From assembly GCA_973851085.1 (NCBI GenBank), contig OZ316776.1, forward strand, positions 7,812,001 through 7,876,000: DNA of 64,000 nt, read 5' to 3'. This document shows, piece after piece, positions 50,408 to 64,000 of this stretch (positions are counted from its first letter, which is position 1; each line of letters starts with the position of its first letter). Source of the stretch: Ptychomitrium polyphyllum (taxonomy: Eukaryota). Below the pieces are notes generated by a model. It was not told the DNA's origin, ran no database searches, and saw only the letters and a program-made list of their open reading frames with translations. A program made the position numbers and the translations under genes.

Positions 50408-53027
50408 CTATTTATGTTCAACAGCCTCCACAGGATCTGCTTTCCACACAATGTCTTTGAGACCCTTGGAAAGATTCTTGTAGAACTGCAACATCACAAT
50501 CACAAATAGATTCAACATACTGTAAATGGATAAATGCTAGACTTACCTTACACTATTTCAGATAGTGAAGTCAAACTGAGGACGTTGTGATATACCAGCA
50601 AATAATCAGCAAGACATTCTACTTTTATGAAACATGCTCACGCAAGATAGGTAAGAAGAAGCTGCAATGGCTGTGAAGAACTTACATGATTGTACTCTAA
50701 TGTGTCACCACTGTTTTTCTGTAACTCAACCATGAAGAGAGAAGGTGCTACTTCAAACACCTCAGTTGAGACTGACAGAGGCCCCTTCCTGCCCAGTTTA
50801 TCTCCTTGCAATTTCATCTTGTAATCTTTCTTCTGAACATTGAAACCCAAGGGCTTCGCAGCCTCCTCAATGGAATGGATGATCTCTTTAGCAGACTTCT
50901 TGCTTGTGAACCGCGTATCCTCCTTTTCCGGCACCTCTTTAGTCTCAAACAAACTAGAGAGGTCGAGGCCTTGAGACATGGAGATGAGCTCAAAGGCATT
51001 CATTGTGACCGGCCTCGTTTCTTTCTTCTCTTGTACCATGTGCTCCTGAAATTCATTTACAATGAAGCAAAAGAATTTTAGTGAAAGGTAATTAAAGCTA
51101 ACACCGATATAAACTCCTATGATAAAACACAACTTCCAAAAGCAATTTCACTAACTATAAAAGTGGCCTTTGTTCTTACCGTTGATCCACTGAAGATAGC
51201 ATCTACGTCATCAAAGCTAACATCAGCTTCCCTGTCAAACTTGGCTGGAGTGTAACCCTTCTTGAACCAATCATTTTTATAAATCTGAGCTGCTGTGATG
51301 CGCTGCAATCAAGATCACGAAGACAAGTAAGAACAAGTGTCAGGAAAACACACTAATCCAGAGCCATCTGAAGACTGATGAGGTTAAAACCAGAATACAT
51401 AAATTACAGGATTAAGAGGCCTTATCACTTACCGTTCTAGGGTTAGGATCCAATATTTTTGAAATTAATTTTCGAGCACCTGATGAGAACCAAGGAGGCC
51501 ACGAAAATTGAGCTCGATATATCTGCAGTCAGACACGAAATCTTAAAAACGAATTGGAAGCTGGATCGCAGGAACGAATTCATCCTTTCGAAAATAACAC
51601 TTGAAAGCATAGACATGCAGGAAGACCTAGAATGGTAACAGCAGATACGTACCTTCTTGTATAAAGCCATAATAGTGGGTTCTTCAAAAGGCAAGTAACC
51701 AGCCATAAGCACGTATAGGATAACACCGCATGACCATAAGTCTGCAGTAGCTCCTGAGTAGCCCTTGTCCATTATGACCTCTGGTGCCACATAGTTAGGC
51801 GTTCCACAAGTTGTGTGCAGCAATCCATCCTCCTGCAAAGCAGACATCACATAAGGCCTTAGTGCATATAGAAAGTTCGGCGATCACAGGAAAATGCTTC
51901 CTGCTGGAGTTGCTTATAAAAATACAGCCATGAAATTTCAAGCTAGAAAACGCATTTACCCTAAATTGTTGAGGGAGCGCACTCAAGCCAAAATCCGAAA
52001 TCTTCAAGTTACCTTTGGCATCTAGAAGCAGATTTTCTGGCTGTAACCACCCCCAAAAAAAGGTATTAGGTACAGAATGTAACTGAAAGAACAGAGAAAA
52101 GCTACAGTGGTCTACCTAAGAAAAATAAGAATTTAAAGAGTTTATTCTTATTTTCATTATGCATGTTGAGGAAAACAAAAAGGAGAAAGCAATAACTAAT
52201 AACCTTACAATTTTGAGCCACCTGCAACTGCAGGATTTGTGTAACCCTCGAGAAACAGAGATCAAACGCAAGTACAGGGTCTTCATGCAAAAATCGATGT
52301 ATGAATGAGGACTCCAGATGTACGCACCTTTAAATCTCTGTGGTAAACTTGTCGACTGTGGCAATAATCAACTGCATCAATAAGCTGGTGGAAATACTTC
52401 CTGGCCTCATCCTCTGACAGCCTCCCTTGTTGAGCCTGAAGTCGCACCCAGAAAGAAAGCCAACAGCAAAGGCATAAGCCAATTATGAATACATCAAAAC
52501 GAAGAAGGGACTGAAATGTTGGATGCTGAGAACAAAGAGAATTAGCGTGCACCCAAGTCTCAAAATGGCTTAGTAATAGAGTTCATTGAAAGCTTACGAT
52601 CTTGTTAAAAAGCTCGCCACCTGTAACGTACTCCAGCACAATGTAGATCTTCGTTCTGCTAGCCATCACCTAACAAGAAAGTAAATAAAGATTATCAAAC
52701 CCTAGCCTCATGAAGCAAAACCTGAAGTGGTATATTTTCCAAAAATTAATAGACACTAGGAGACGTAAGGAGACTAACCTCCAGAAGTTGAACGACATAG
52801 GGATGCTTCACCAGCTTCATAGTGGAAATTTCTCTTTTGATCTGCTCAACCATCTTGTGCTTCAGGATCTTTTCCTTGTCCAGGATTTTAATGGCAACAT
52901 TCATGCCAGTCTCGATGTGCCTGGCCACCTTAACTTTGGCAAATGTGCCCTCTCCCAATGTCTTTCCGAGGTCATATTTCCCAACCCGTGTGCGCTCAAC
53001 GTTGGTAGTAATCCCTTTTGTATTCAT
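50408..53027 (-). CDS. CIPK: CBL-interacting Ser/Thr protein kinase (SnRK3), 9 coding exons, 446 aa
   Basis: Exons 53027-52779, 52669-52598, 52435-52328, 52040-51960, 51832-51653, 51522-51433, 51302-51180, 51045-50686 and 50485-50408. All introns are GT-AG, phase 0. Motifs [36 protein letters not shown] and the NAF domain ([20 protein letters not shown]). Confidence 0.96.
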
Positions 53028-53133
53028 GTTTGCTTGCTTTCTTCGAGTATGATAATCTACCTAACCTTCACCTTTCTTAAAATTGCGCTAGCTTCGTGAG
53101 CTCTTTCTTTCTCAAAGATTCCATAAAAAAAGT

Positions 53134-53647
53134 CTGCACAGAAAACATAGGCTGCATCAACTATGGAGTGCAATTACCAACCACACAAATGCATGCCGGT
53201 AGGACTTCCTGGCCGAAACTTTCGCCAGTTTCGCTGGGCTTCCAGGAGCCAGACCAGAAACTGACCAAGCTTCTCAAAAAGTAAACAGCTAATTTGCTAT
53301 TAAACCTAAGAATTGCCTCCCTAACAATACAATCTCTCCCATAATTCAGTCTCTAACAAGCGAGAACTCAAATGTACCTCTTCACTGACTCAAGAGCTAG
53401 CCCAAGGGATGGCAAATGTGAGGATCCACAAGAGCATGCCATCGTTCCCAAAATTCCTATTTCCTTGCTATGCTCCTTGTATATAACAGAAGCAGAATAT
53501 CCTAAAGATATGCTTCCATAGTTGAAAGACTTCAGAAAGAAAAATTATGATTCGACCCTCGTGCATCGACCTTAAAGGGAGAGAAACAACAACAGGTGAA
53601 TAGAGTGGTATCAACAAAGAAGCGAGAAGAGTAGAACAGAGGCTAAC
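53134..53647 (-). other. Predicted 5'-UTR intron of CIPK
   Basis: Minus-strand donor CAG|GTTAGC at 53647 and acceptor gtgcag| at 53134. No transcript evidence. Confidence 0.5.
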
Positions 53648-53870
53648 CTGGGCACGTTAAGCTTCTCATGCTGATGTCTGACCAAAGCATCCGCATCCGC
53701 ATCCTGCACCACGACTCATTTCCACAAAACTCCGAAACCACTCAACCCACGCAACAACTCAGCCTCAAACCACTACCTCAAATCGCAACTCAACTCTTCT
53801 TCGCACGCAACTTCTCCACCACCGCAAACGACACCAAAAGACAGCACCTTTCCCACAAAAACCAGGCCTA

Positions 53871-53872
<2 letters not shown>

Positions 53873-53912
<40 letters not shown>
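53873..53912. repeat. (CT)20 / (GA)20 microsatellite in the CIPK 5' region
   Basis: Read directly. GA repeats are common in plant 5' UTRs and are known BBR/BPC binding motifs. Confidence 0.95.
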
Positions 53913-53915
<3 letters not shown>

Positions 53916-56900
53916 TCCCACCCAAACTGGCACCTTTGAGAGGCAAATGCTATCTGCAGAGTGCACAGAAACCTGTGAAATTTGCGGAATCTGAAGGATA
54001 ATTGTGATGACCGATACAAAGACGGTGAAGAAGACGAAGATTGTTGAGATTTCGGAGACAGATCGCACGGACTGTTGCCTATCTGGAGTGGAGAAGGACA
54101 GAGGCGGCGAATTCTACTCTATGGACCTTATACCCGGCGAGCTCGACCCAGGCCGCAGGTTGGGGTGGCTTTATTGTGGACGTGGCGGGCAGCTGTACCG
54201 CCAGTTGTTCCCAGAAAGAGAGGCTTCCGTTGGGAGCAGTTCCCCATTCAGAAAGTTTTCTTATTGGCGTTATGGTAGTTCCGCAGTAGGGCGAATCCAA
54301 TACTACATTAATTAACGGTACTGCAGTATATGATAAGTTGGTGTTATCTAGAGGCTCATGATGGTTACATGCTCATAATGGAATAGAAACCCATTTTCTT
54401 CTGAATAAAGTGAAAAAACGTTGTTTGTTTTTGAACTCATTTTTTTCTTCACTTTCACTTTGAATGAAGAGGCCAAACTCAGGACAAGTTTTTCTACTTC
54501 TTTCACAGAAAGCAAAATACGATCCCTTCAAGACAAGTTTGAACATGAATTAATCTGATTCTCAATCAGATGACCAGGTGAATTAAATTAAGGCTGGCTT
54601 CTGAATTTTGAGACCAATTAGGTGAAGTATTACCTCAATCGAACCCTCTTTTATTTCAAATATGCCTACTAGTTCAGAAACAGAATCTTGTTTTCCCAAG
54701 CACAAACGCCACATGTCACATAGCTAGTGGTAGAAGTTGTTGATGAAGTTCACAGAGCAGATATACTTACACTAGGTAATTATCTTCCAGGCATCAGGTA
54801 GAATATTTTGATATGCTGAACCACATGGCGTACTTCTTTGGGCACTGGCTGCTTTTCAACAAAGTCAGATAAGCTATGAGTAAATGCTATCACAAGACGG
54901 CTGGTGGTAACTTATCTGAGCAGCCACTTGTTACTACCTTGTAAGACTCCAATGGACTGAGAACAAATAAGTTGTGCGAGGGTTTCAACACTTGTCTGCA
55001 ACTCCTGTACCAAATCATGGACAAAAAAAGGGAAGAAAAGCACCAACTACTAATATGATAAGAACAAACTGGTTTTTAATGAAGTCTAGTCACCAGCAAC
55101 TTCAATTCTGCTGCATTTTATCTTCAGTAATGACATTATTTACCCCATATGGAAATTACTTGGATGTTTTCATCACATGTATACCATCAAAGCTACATGG
55201 CAAGGTTGGCACTCCACAAGCGCATATTAAATCTTTTTTGAAAAAGAGTGCTCTTTGAAAGAGTAATTAATTCATTTGTTCATACTCATATAATTAAAAA
55301 TGGTCCTAAATGGCTCATAATATTTAAATAATTCTTAATAAAGTTCATTCTATTTTCTTTCTTTGCCATTATTTTAAAATTCAACTTAAGAAGGAAAAAC
55401 AAGATAAATTTATGGCAAAAAAATTTATAAAGTAAAATTAAAGCAATAACTATTGTACACTTTTTATAAAATAAGTTAAATACAATTTATTGTCATTGTT
55501 TTCCATACTTCTTAATAGATTTGACATTTTTTTTATCAAAGCTCCAACTCCATAGTTTCCAAGACAAAAACACAATACTCATCTATGATAAGGTACCATA
55601 GCATCCAAAACAAAAATAATTTTAATTTAATTTTTAAAAATACATTTTCCTGGAGATAACAATACTCTGAAATTTAATATTTTCCACACTGTAGTTTCAA
55701 GTCACCTAAAATCACCTATGTGCATCCCCTCTACTTAGGAACTTTCCAAGGGTGCCAAGAACATCCATCGACCTCACAATTTTTGGAGATTTAAAATACT
55801 GCCATAAAACGAAACAAATTATCGCATTAACACACAGATTGGACCGCAGCGGAGAACAAGTCCAGCCAAAGCAGGGAGATACACCGCAGGGTGGTGCCAA
55901 CTTGGATCAAACGAACGGTTCTGGTTCTGAGCAAAATAAAATACTGTAATAAGAAACGGACGGCCCTGAGACAGCGTCTTGAGTGCCACAGTCTAGGTCA
56001 GAGCCGCACTATCCTCCACCAATTGTGATGCTCCGAAGAAGTATCCAGATTCCAAGCGCCAATTGCGCTAAACATATGGGGAAATGTAGTTTAAGAGTGG
56101 AATATGGGGGTTGATCCAGTATATGTGCTTCTCATTGGATTACAGGAGCTGCAGATAGACGAACGATCTTGGAAGAATCCAGGGGCATCCAGGGGCATCG
56201 CGAATGAACAAGCGGATGGTTCAGGGTTGCTCTGGCTTCCATGCAGCATCAAAACCGCCAGTATGCATCTGGATTGCCATCCCGGGAGCCCCACCTGAGT
56301 TCTAAACTTCTGGAGAGCCATCCAATTTGAACAAGTTGTTTTCGGTGGTGGATAAACCCAGACTACAGCCAGCAGGTAGAGTTTCCATACTGTGTTCAGC
56401 CCACCATCCGCACGTGTTATATGTTTCTTTAGATGGTATCATATACGTGGGGTACTTGAAGCAACTTGAATCAACAAAAAATGATATGATAGTGAACAAC
56501 GACAAGATGTAAAGCAAGGTAGATTCTGAAATACAAAGTGTCATATTGGTAGGCTCTTGAGAAGCTTCAAACGGACTCCATATCTATATCTTATGTAGGA
56601 GTCTAGGCTAAAGAAATTTTTAATCTTGACAACATATCCTTTACGGTCTAGTTCAAATCTTATGGTCTTGTGTAGTGTTTTAGAGTTTGTTGATTATCCT
56701 CTTTCGAACTAATATTACTTTTTCATCTCAAATTCTTGCCAAGTCTTGTCTACATAGAATATTTTTCTGACATTATCTTTTGTTAATATGGATGTAGGTG
56801 AAAAAACTATTGTGTCAAATTTAAAATTGACTTCAATCATAAATGCTTTTGAAACCTTGAAAGTCTCAATAGAGATAGTATTGAAGCAAATTGAGGAATT

Positions 56901-59900
56901 GTACTTAGCATTATTACTATAATTAGGAACAACAACATCTCAATAAGCACAACAAATGGTCCTTGAAGTTTCTATTCCACAAACATCAACACATTTCTAA
57001 GCTCAAGTGAATGGAACACTCCTTTCAAGATAGCATTTCAAGAGTCAACAAAAAAAAAATTAAAAGGTATTGAAGCATTCAAAATAGGCTTAGGGATTTT
57101 CAATTTTAAAATAGATATATTTTTATTTTATTTTTTTAAAAGAGAACCTGAATGTAAATGTTAATGCATCCTTTTCCTTCAGTTTATTGGGATATCAATG
57201 TTGCAACCATTTACAACTCAAATTGAATAAACTTGCATTCCTTTGGTGAAAAATGCAAGAAATGTACACCACAATGTAAGAAACTTGTAATCCTCTAGTA
57301 GAGGACTTGCCACAAATAGTTATACACAAACTGGGTGAAATCGTAGGGAGAATTGAGCCCAAAATTAAAATATTTAAAATAAAAAGAGAACAGAAGGGCA
57401 AAATCGCCTAGATTCTCAGAAGGTTTGTTGCTGCAGGTTTAAAATCTCATATGCAGTTGACACATGATTTCCTTGGCCGCAGTGGCCGCCGAGCAGTAGA
57501 GGATTGTCTTTTGCTCCACTGCTTGTAGCTGCTTGTGGTTTGCTGTGATGGGGCCTGCAGGCCCGTCGGCCTGTAGGCTGAGCTGGTTTGTACAAACAAC
57601 CTTCGCCCACTCAGACGAAAAAAGGAAAGTTAAATATTTGTTCTTTCTTCAACTCCAAATCTTAGCTTCCTTTTGTAGCAAAAAGTAACGTGAATAAAGA
57701 CTAGATTAAAAATTTGTAAGTAATCAAATTCTTCCTCAAGCAAACAAAGAAAAAATCACAACACTCATGTTACGTAATTTTTAGTTTATAAAAGAAGAAC
57801 CTAAAAGATGTGAAAATAGTCACAGAACTTGATTGGGCAGAGAATGCCAAAGCTAAGAGAATTCTTCAACCAAATACTTGTCAAAGTTGTAATTGTTATA
57901 ATCAAAGCAAATTAACATGAAGTTTATACTAAATAGAAAATATTTTAATAAACTATAAAGTTACGCTATACACATCCACTATGGCCTAGCACTTTATGCC
58001 ATATCAAGTGATAAAATACACATTTGGATCAATAATTGATTCTTTTGAGGTTAAACTAGGAATATACCTACATAAGTCACCGCTTTTTATAAATGATGCC
58101 ATCATTCATTAACTTCTAAATTTTAACATGCATCAATATGTTACACATTATAGTTGTAATGCATTTGGTAGTTTGATGAAAACAATATTTGAATACCTTT
58201 TCAACAAAATGTTATCCATAAAAATTGACTAAGCATTAAACAATAGATTTTCAAAAAACAAACTTAAAGAAATATAATAGGTAATATCTATCATGTTTGC
58301 ACTATTGTTACTTTAAAGCTTTGTTTTAAATTTTGGATGCTTGCTATGAATCTTGAAATTTAAAATGTAACTTTAGCTTGTTACAAAATCATTGACAGAG
58401 TAATTTAATAAGCCATGATTCAAAGCTTTTTATTTATTTGATTGAGTTTCATGTTGCAATTTGAAATGAAGATTGTGGGTAGCAAAGCAAACTTATTGAC
58501 ATCAACAATGGCAAATGCACACTTCCAATTTAATGACTCCTATGAGAATTCCAAGTCTATGAATACACTAATTTTAATCTGAACCCTTATCTAAAGTTTG
58601 TAGTAAGATGTCCATAACTTACATTCAAATGTTCATAGTTGTAAAAGATATGTGTATAAAAAAGTATCTCAATACCAATAACCGTCCCTTCTTGTTGCTG
58701 TTCAGGATTTTCAAAATTAAAATAGAACCCAATAGTAGATAAGAATCTTTTTAAATTGGACAAATTTAACATACCAACTTTTCATCTGAAATGGCTTTTA
58801 AAGTTTCACAGCCACCCACACAAGAAGTGATGAAGTTGATAACTTGATAAGTTGACAGCAACTCTGGTGTATGTTGACTCACCTGTATACACAAGTATGG
58901 GCCTGCCTAAAAGTAATAAAAAATAATGCTCAGAGTGTGCTGCATGGATATGCACATTCTAGTATTCCATGCCATCTGTATTTTGGGATGAAATATTCGA
59001 TAAACCCTTCATGGAAAATCAAAGAAACCCCCTTCTTATAAAGAAATTCTACCCAGGACTAATACAGAGGGCAAAATTGAATGGAATACAATCTCATGAA
59101 AGTACAATCACATGGTTGTGTACCAAGAATGTGGCAGTGAAACTGGTGAGCTTGTTTTGTGGTCCATGGGAGATTTTTGGCCTTTCTCTAGAATTGTAGT
59201 TTATGGACCTTATTGTTAGGGACTATCACACACGAGGAAACCCTTGGAAATAGACATTCTTTATTGGTTCATACAAATAAGTGGTTGTCACATGAGGAGA
59301 TGTTAAAAATGTGGCAAGAATGACTTGGATCAACTTTCTAGTTTTAGATTTTGCATGGGATTTTGTTTTGAAATCTTTTATAGCAATGAAGCAAAATGAA
59401 ATGAAATAGTGAATTTAATTCAATACTATTAAAAAATAGTATTTGGAAGTTCACAAAATGAGGAAAAAGATTTGAAGAAGGAGAAGAAAATTTTAATATT
59501 ATAAGACAATATTTTAAATAACTGTCATATTTAGTAGTGTATTGACAAGAAAAAATAGATTAAAAGTGGTTGCAAAATGAAGTAAATAAAAAAAAGAATG
59601 AAAATGAGTAAATGACACATTAAAAATATTTAAAAGACATCAATATGAAATTGATAGCATTTTAATTTGAAGATTGTATCAATAGCTTCATTTACTTTCA
59701 CAATGCCGCAATTTGTTCATTTTTACTTCAAAAGTCTATTATCAAAACTTCTTTGTGCTTTCAATCCATGTTCCACTTGATTAAGCTTTATTTTTCATTT
59801 TTCAAATTCCATAAATAATTTATTATTGAAATACCTTCCACTATTAAAGCACTACTTTAAATTGTTTTTAAAAGATGCTTTTATTTTAATTTAATTCTAG

Positions 59901-61874
59901 AATTTGATGCATTTCTCTAAAAAATTGATCAAATAACATTCTTCAATCTTCAAAGACTTCTTTAGACACCTTCTTCTTTGAATATAATTATATCTCCTAC
60001 ATATATAATTTCATTGCTTTAGTAATGTTCAATAGAAGAAAAATGAAGTTTAAGCAATCAAGTCATCATTTTAATTCATGCCTTCACGGATTTATTGCCT
60101 CATATATCCCTTTATAATCTCTTATTCAATTCCCATAAATTTGAGTTAATTTGACTACCTTATAAATTATATTCAGTATTGTATAATGTTGATTATTATG
60201 TCAATCACTTTACAAATAATACAATTCATAAACAACCTACAAAATGCGTTCTTGTTCTGAATCAATAGTTTGATGACATGTAGTATTAATTACACTATAT
60301 GGTAATTTATAATTAATGTGTTGACAGAATATTTATAACTGGTGACACTAATTACAACTTTTACTGCTCTGAGGAATATTGTGTAATATTTTGTAGACCA
60401 TTACTTCAAAAAATTTAAGCTAACTACAAATGAATCAGCTTAGACTTCGTTTGAATCAAATTTACTATAAATAGTAGCTACTTAACATTTCAGGAATATT
60501 GTAACTTCTCTTTTGAAAATTGAAGGGAAAAAAATGTACAAAATAATGGGTACTCATCTCTAAGTGGTACAGAGAATACACATGTCATCCATGTATTGCA
60601 CTCAAACTACAACCAATAAGAGCATTCATTTGGATCTAGTTTTAAAATGATATATATTATTGCATGATATTATGTCACTCATACCTTATGTGTTGTCAAC
60701 AAAGTTGCCCAACTTATTGTCTGAGTGATAGGGCATATGCAAGTGTGATATATGCTGCCAAGTGGATGTTGGAGGCTTTTTGTATCCATTTGGAATGCAA
60801 GGACAACGGTCTTCAGCAACAGCAAGACATCACATGATATTTAGGAAATTTTGTTGGACAACTTTGTACCAAGGTTATGGAGCTATGAGTGATTGAGTCA
60901 GTGGCTAGCTGCAAGAGTTGAAAGACATTTGTATTTAAAAGTAAATAAATAAATTTTATTAAAAAACTCCCTTACAAATTATGTTCACTTTGATCATGGA
61001 AAATTCCTTTTAAAGAAACAATTTAAAATCACAGGTAACCATAGACTATTGTTCTAACATCATGGTACATAAGCTACTTTCAGAATAATTACCTAATTTG
61101 AGTGCAATCATGGGTGACATGTGTATTCTTGGATGATTTTTTACAAAGGATCCACATATTAAACAAATTATAAATAAGCAATGAGTTTTCATCCTTTTCT
61201 TTAAGTCTCAAAAAAATTCAGTTTGAACCTGATTTCTATTAAAAACCAAATGTTCAAAAATTTCGTAATATTCTCTTCAAATAGCAGATGCATCAAAGTA
61301 TTGTTGCCAATACACCAATCTCATTGCCATTATAATGTGGCCTAGATTCAAATTTTAATATCTAATATGAATATCTGATCCGAAATGAGCTCCCTATGTC
61401 CCCTTTTTGGTTGATATCTATGCACTGCTGAAATGGAACTGTAATGATACCTGTATGATATGCTCGTGAAATCCTCATGATGTCTTCGTGATACTCAGGT
61501 ATAGGTCGCTTGGACTCCTCACTGCAGCAGCTGTGTCTCCCTACTTCCTGTTCTGCCAGATAAGCCATTAAGTTCTCCACGGAAAGCAGTTGAAGCGAGT
61601 GCATATCAACCGACAAGTGGACAAATCACCCGGTTGATACCCATGTGGTGCTGGACTCATATTAAGGACATACCAGGTTTTAGCATGCAAGGATACCCAA
61701 GAAACACCAGAGAAATACCGGAGGGACGCACGATGACACCTGAGCGACACCTGGTGATACCCTGATGGGGCGGGGGCCGGTCATTGTGTACACGGGTGCC
61801 GTAGTGCAGCTTGTCTAGGTTCTTGTGTTGTGAGAGATGAAACTGTATAGCTATCTATTTGAACTCCAGCAGCG

Positions 61875-64000
61875 ATGGCGATGGAGGCTCTCCTGGCAGC
61901 CTCCTTGCCCACCGTCTCCGTTCTCCATGCGCATCGCCACCGTACTGCACTACGCCATATAAATTATGCTGCAGCTGCTTTCTTCAGGTTTGGAAATGGC
62001 GGACTTAGCCTCAGTTCGTCTCCTAGCACATGTGCGAGCAGATTTGGTCGGATATTGCGCGTGCGTGCATGTGCAGAGAAAGGAGGCGGGGGACAGCTTC
62101 AAGCTGGTCTGGATGTGGAGGATGTGAATCTAGGGCTGGGCTCGTGTCTTGAAGTTGCGAAGAATGGTGGCAGGTACCTGCACGTCATGGCGTCGTCCAT
62201 GCATAATGTGGACAACGGTGAGAAACATGCCTTCAATTTTTGTTCCATTCTGTGAAATTATATCATATTTAGGTCTAGGTTGTTGGATTTCAAGTTTTTT
62301 AGGGCTAAACGATGGGAATTCTGAATTTTTTACAATCAGCGTCGGTTCCAGGTTAGGTGTAACCTTGAGGCGCCATTGGCGAGACCTAATGGTTAGTTGA
62401 TGATGGTGCTGTAGTGATTGATTTATTCGTTTGAGGGTTTTCTCAATGCAGCGCTGCTCGGGGAATTGCTCTTGATGTATCGTATTCTGGTCAGGTTTCA
62501 ATGTGCGAATGGCCAATTCTGTGATGTGATGTTGTGATGTTGTGATGTTCTCTGTAATCATGACACTCACATTCTTGCACTGCGTAATATCAGTTAAGGT
62601 AGACCACTTGTTCCTGTGAGTACGAGTAACTTAGTGATTTTAGAGGTCAGAGGTGTTGAATCAACCTAAGGAGAAACTTAAATTTGAAGAGAACACGATG
62701 CTTGAATATTACATGAGCTTCTTGTGAATTGTTGAGTGTCATGAGGGCAATAGAATGACTCTAAAGTCATCATTCATGGATGGAATCAAAAACCTAAATT
62801 TCTGCAGTGAAGTGTCATAATATGTTGTCACATGTGTTCATTTAAGGCTTATTTTAGGAATAGGCAACCTCGGGCAGTTGATTTTGGATGCCTAACATGA
62901 ATGTATGCTCCGTCTTAATCTTAACTGGAATTTGTGAGATTCTGTTAAATATCAATCATTCAATTTCTAGACTATGTCGTTTTCTCAATTCTCATTCCAA
63001 ATTCGTGTCCTGAGTTGCAGTGGGTTGTATGATTAAGTTGTTCATGAGTTGTTGACAGCTCCGGTGTTTTCATGAAAGATTTAGTTTAAGCTTAATCAGT
63101 CTTCATCTTGTGAGCAAGGTGATTTTTGTGCCTGACGAATATTTTGCAGAGCCGGTTTTCATGATGTTGAAGATATGTTGCAGGCTGCATCATTGGTTTA
63201 ACATGTGTTCCCATCACAAAAGGTCACTCCTCTGCTCAGAACCTGGAGTTTCCCCTCTTCCTGAATGGCCTTGCGGCCTCTCCCATCAGGATTGCTGTCG
63301 AGAAGGGCGGGCTTCCTCACGGTACTCTGTATGAGACTTTATCCAGTTCTTTTTAGTTTGTTGTGACCGTCTTACTTTGGAAAACAGGATGGGAACGCTA
63401 ATTATTTTGTTAAGATTTGAGATTAAAACTTATATGGAATTTGACAGCAGGTTTTGCGATTTCTTCTGCTGATAGGATTGACAGAGGATATTCTGGTGCA
63501 GCTTTCATAGTATCATCGATGCGTGCCTCTCTATATCATGTAGTACTGACTTGTTGTGGTTCATGCTTGCGGTTGTGAGCGCAGCATTGGAGGAGCTTGG
63601 CAACTTGAATGACCTTGACTTGCAAAAGATATATGTAAGCTCCTTTAGTAATGTAAAAAAAGGTGGTGACTTTCTCGTCTTGGACGAAAGAACTGGAGCG
63701 AGAACTATGGTTTCCTCCACGTTTCCACAGGTGATGGTCGTTTCCACATCAAAGTACTTGCCTTCAGCTTTTTGTAAACATTTGAGTTGCAGGTCTGCAT
63801 TTGTAATTCTCTCGGCATACTTCACATCATTGCTTAATTGTTTCACACGTGTTTGCACAAAAAAGTTCAAATCTTTCTTAGTACTCACCCATGTTAGGTT
63901 TGTCCTAGGCCATTGCTGTGGCTTTGCGGTACCGCCAACCATTCCTCTTAAAGCTAGAGACATTACTATCGGCAAACGGAGACTTCATTGATCGCATGCT
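61875..64000 (+). CDS. Partial multi-exon gene with a probable plastid transit peptide; divergent bifunctional nuclease (DUF151)-like
   Basis: Exon 1 (61875-62217) has an Ala/Ser/Arg-rich, acid-poor N-terminus. Exon 2 (63184-63321) reads LEFPLFLNGLAASPIRIAVEKGGLPH. Later pieces read LTEDIL, ALEELG..LQKIYV, DGRFHIK and AIAVALRYRQPF (63910-). Exons after 63321 are unresolved. Confidence 0.5.

Noticed and set aside
53765..54315. Overlapping short ORFs including ERERER runs
   Set aside because: Artefacts of the GA microsatellite and the GC-rich CIPK promoter/UTR.

Overview
This is eukaryotic plant genomic DNA, most likely a moss such as Physcomitrium patens (inferred from the LTR families and gene style, not database-checked). 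Positions 1-44 kb are a nested stack of decayed Ty3/Gypsy LTR retrotransposons that can be ordered by their 5-bp target-site duplications (TSDs). Element C (13699-43969, TSD GAATG) hosts several solo LTRs, a full-length chromovirus D (19924-28837) and a rearranged three-LTR composite E (31740-42894, TSD CCCTC). The interior of E is a near-identical inverted copy of window positions 1-~7470, which includes most of element F (1138-7675, TSD ACCTT) and F's flanking host DNA. Positions 44-64 kb are lower-copy DNA with an intact 9-exon CBL-interacting protein kinase gene (minus strand, 50408-53027) and the 5' part of a probable plastid-targeted gene resembling a divergent bifunctional nuclease (from 61875). 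The most notable observations are: a DNA-level template-switching rearrangement; a conserved extra ORF downstream of the chromodomain shared by two diverged chromovirus families; a Tf1-like self-priming PBS; a fossil integrase ending in a PHD finger; an LTR-LTR gene-conversion tract; and perfect heat-shock elements in the LTR. All alignments and counts were made by eye.
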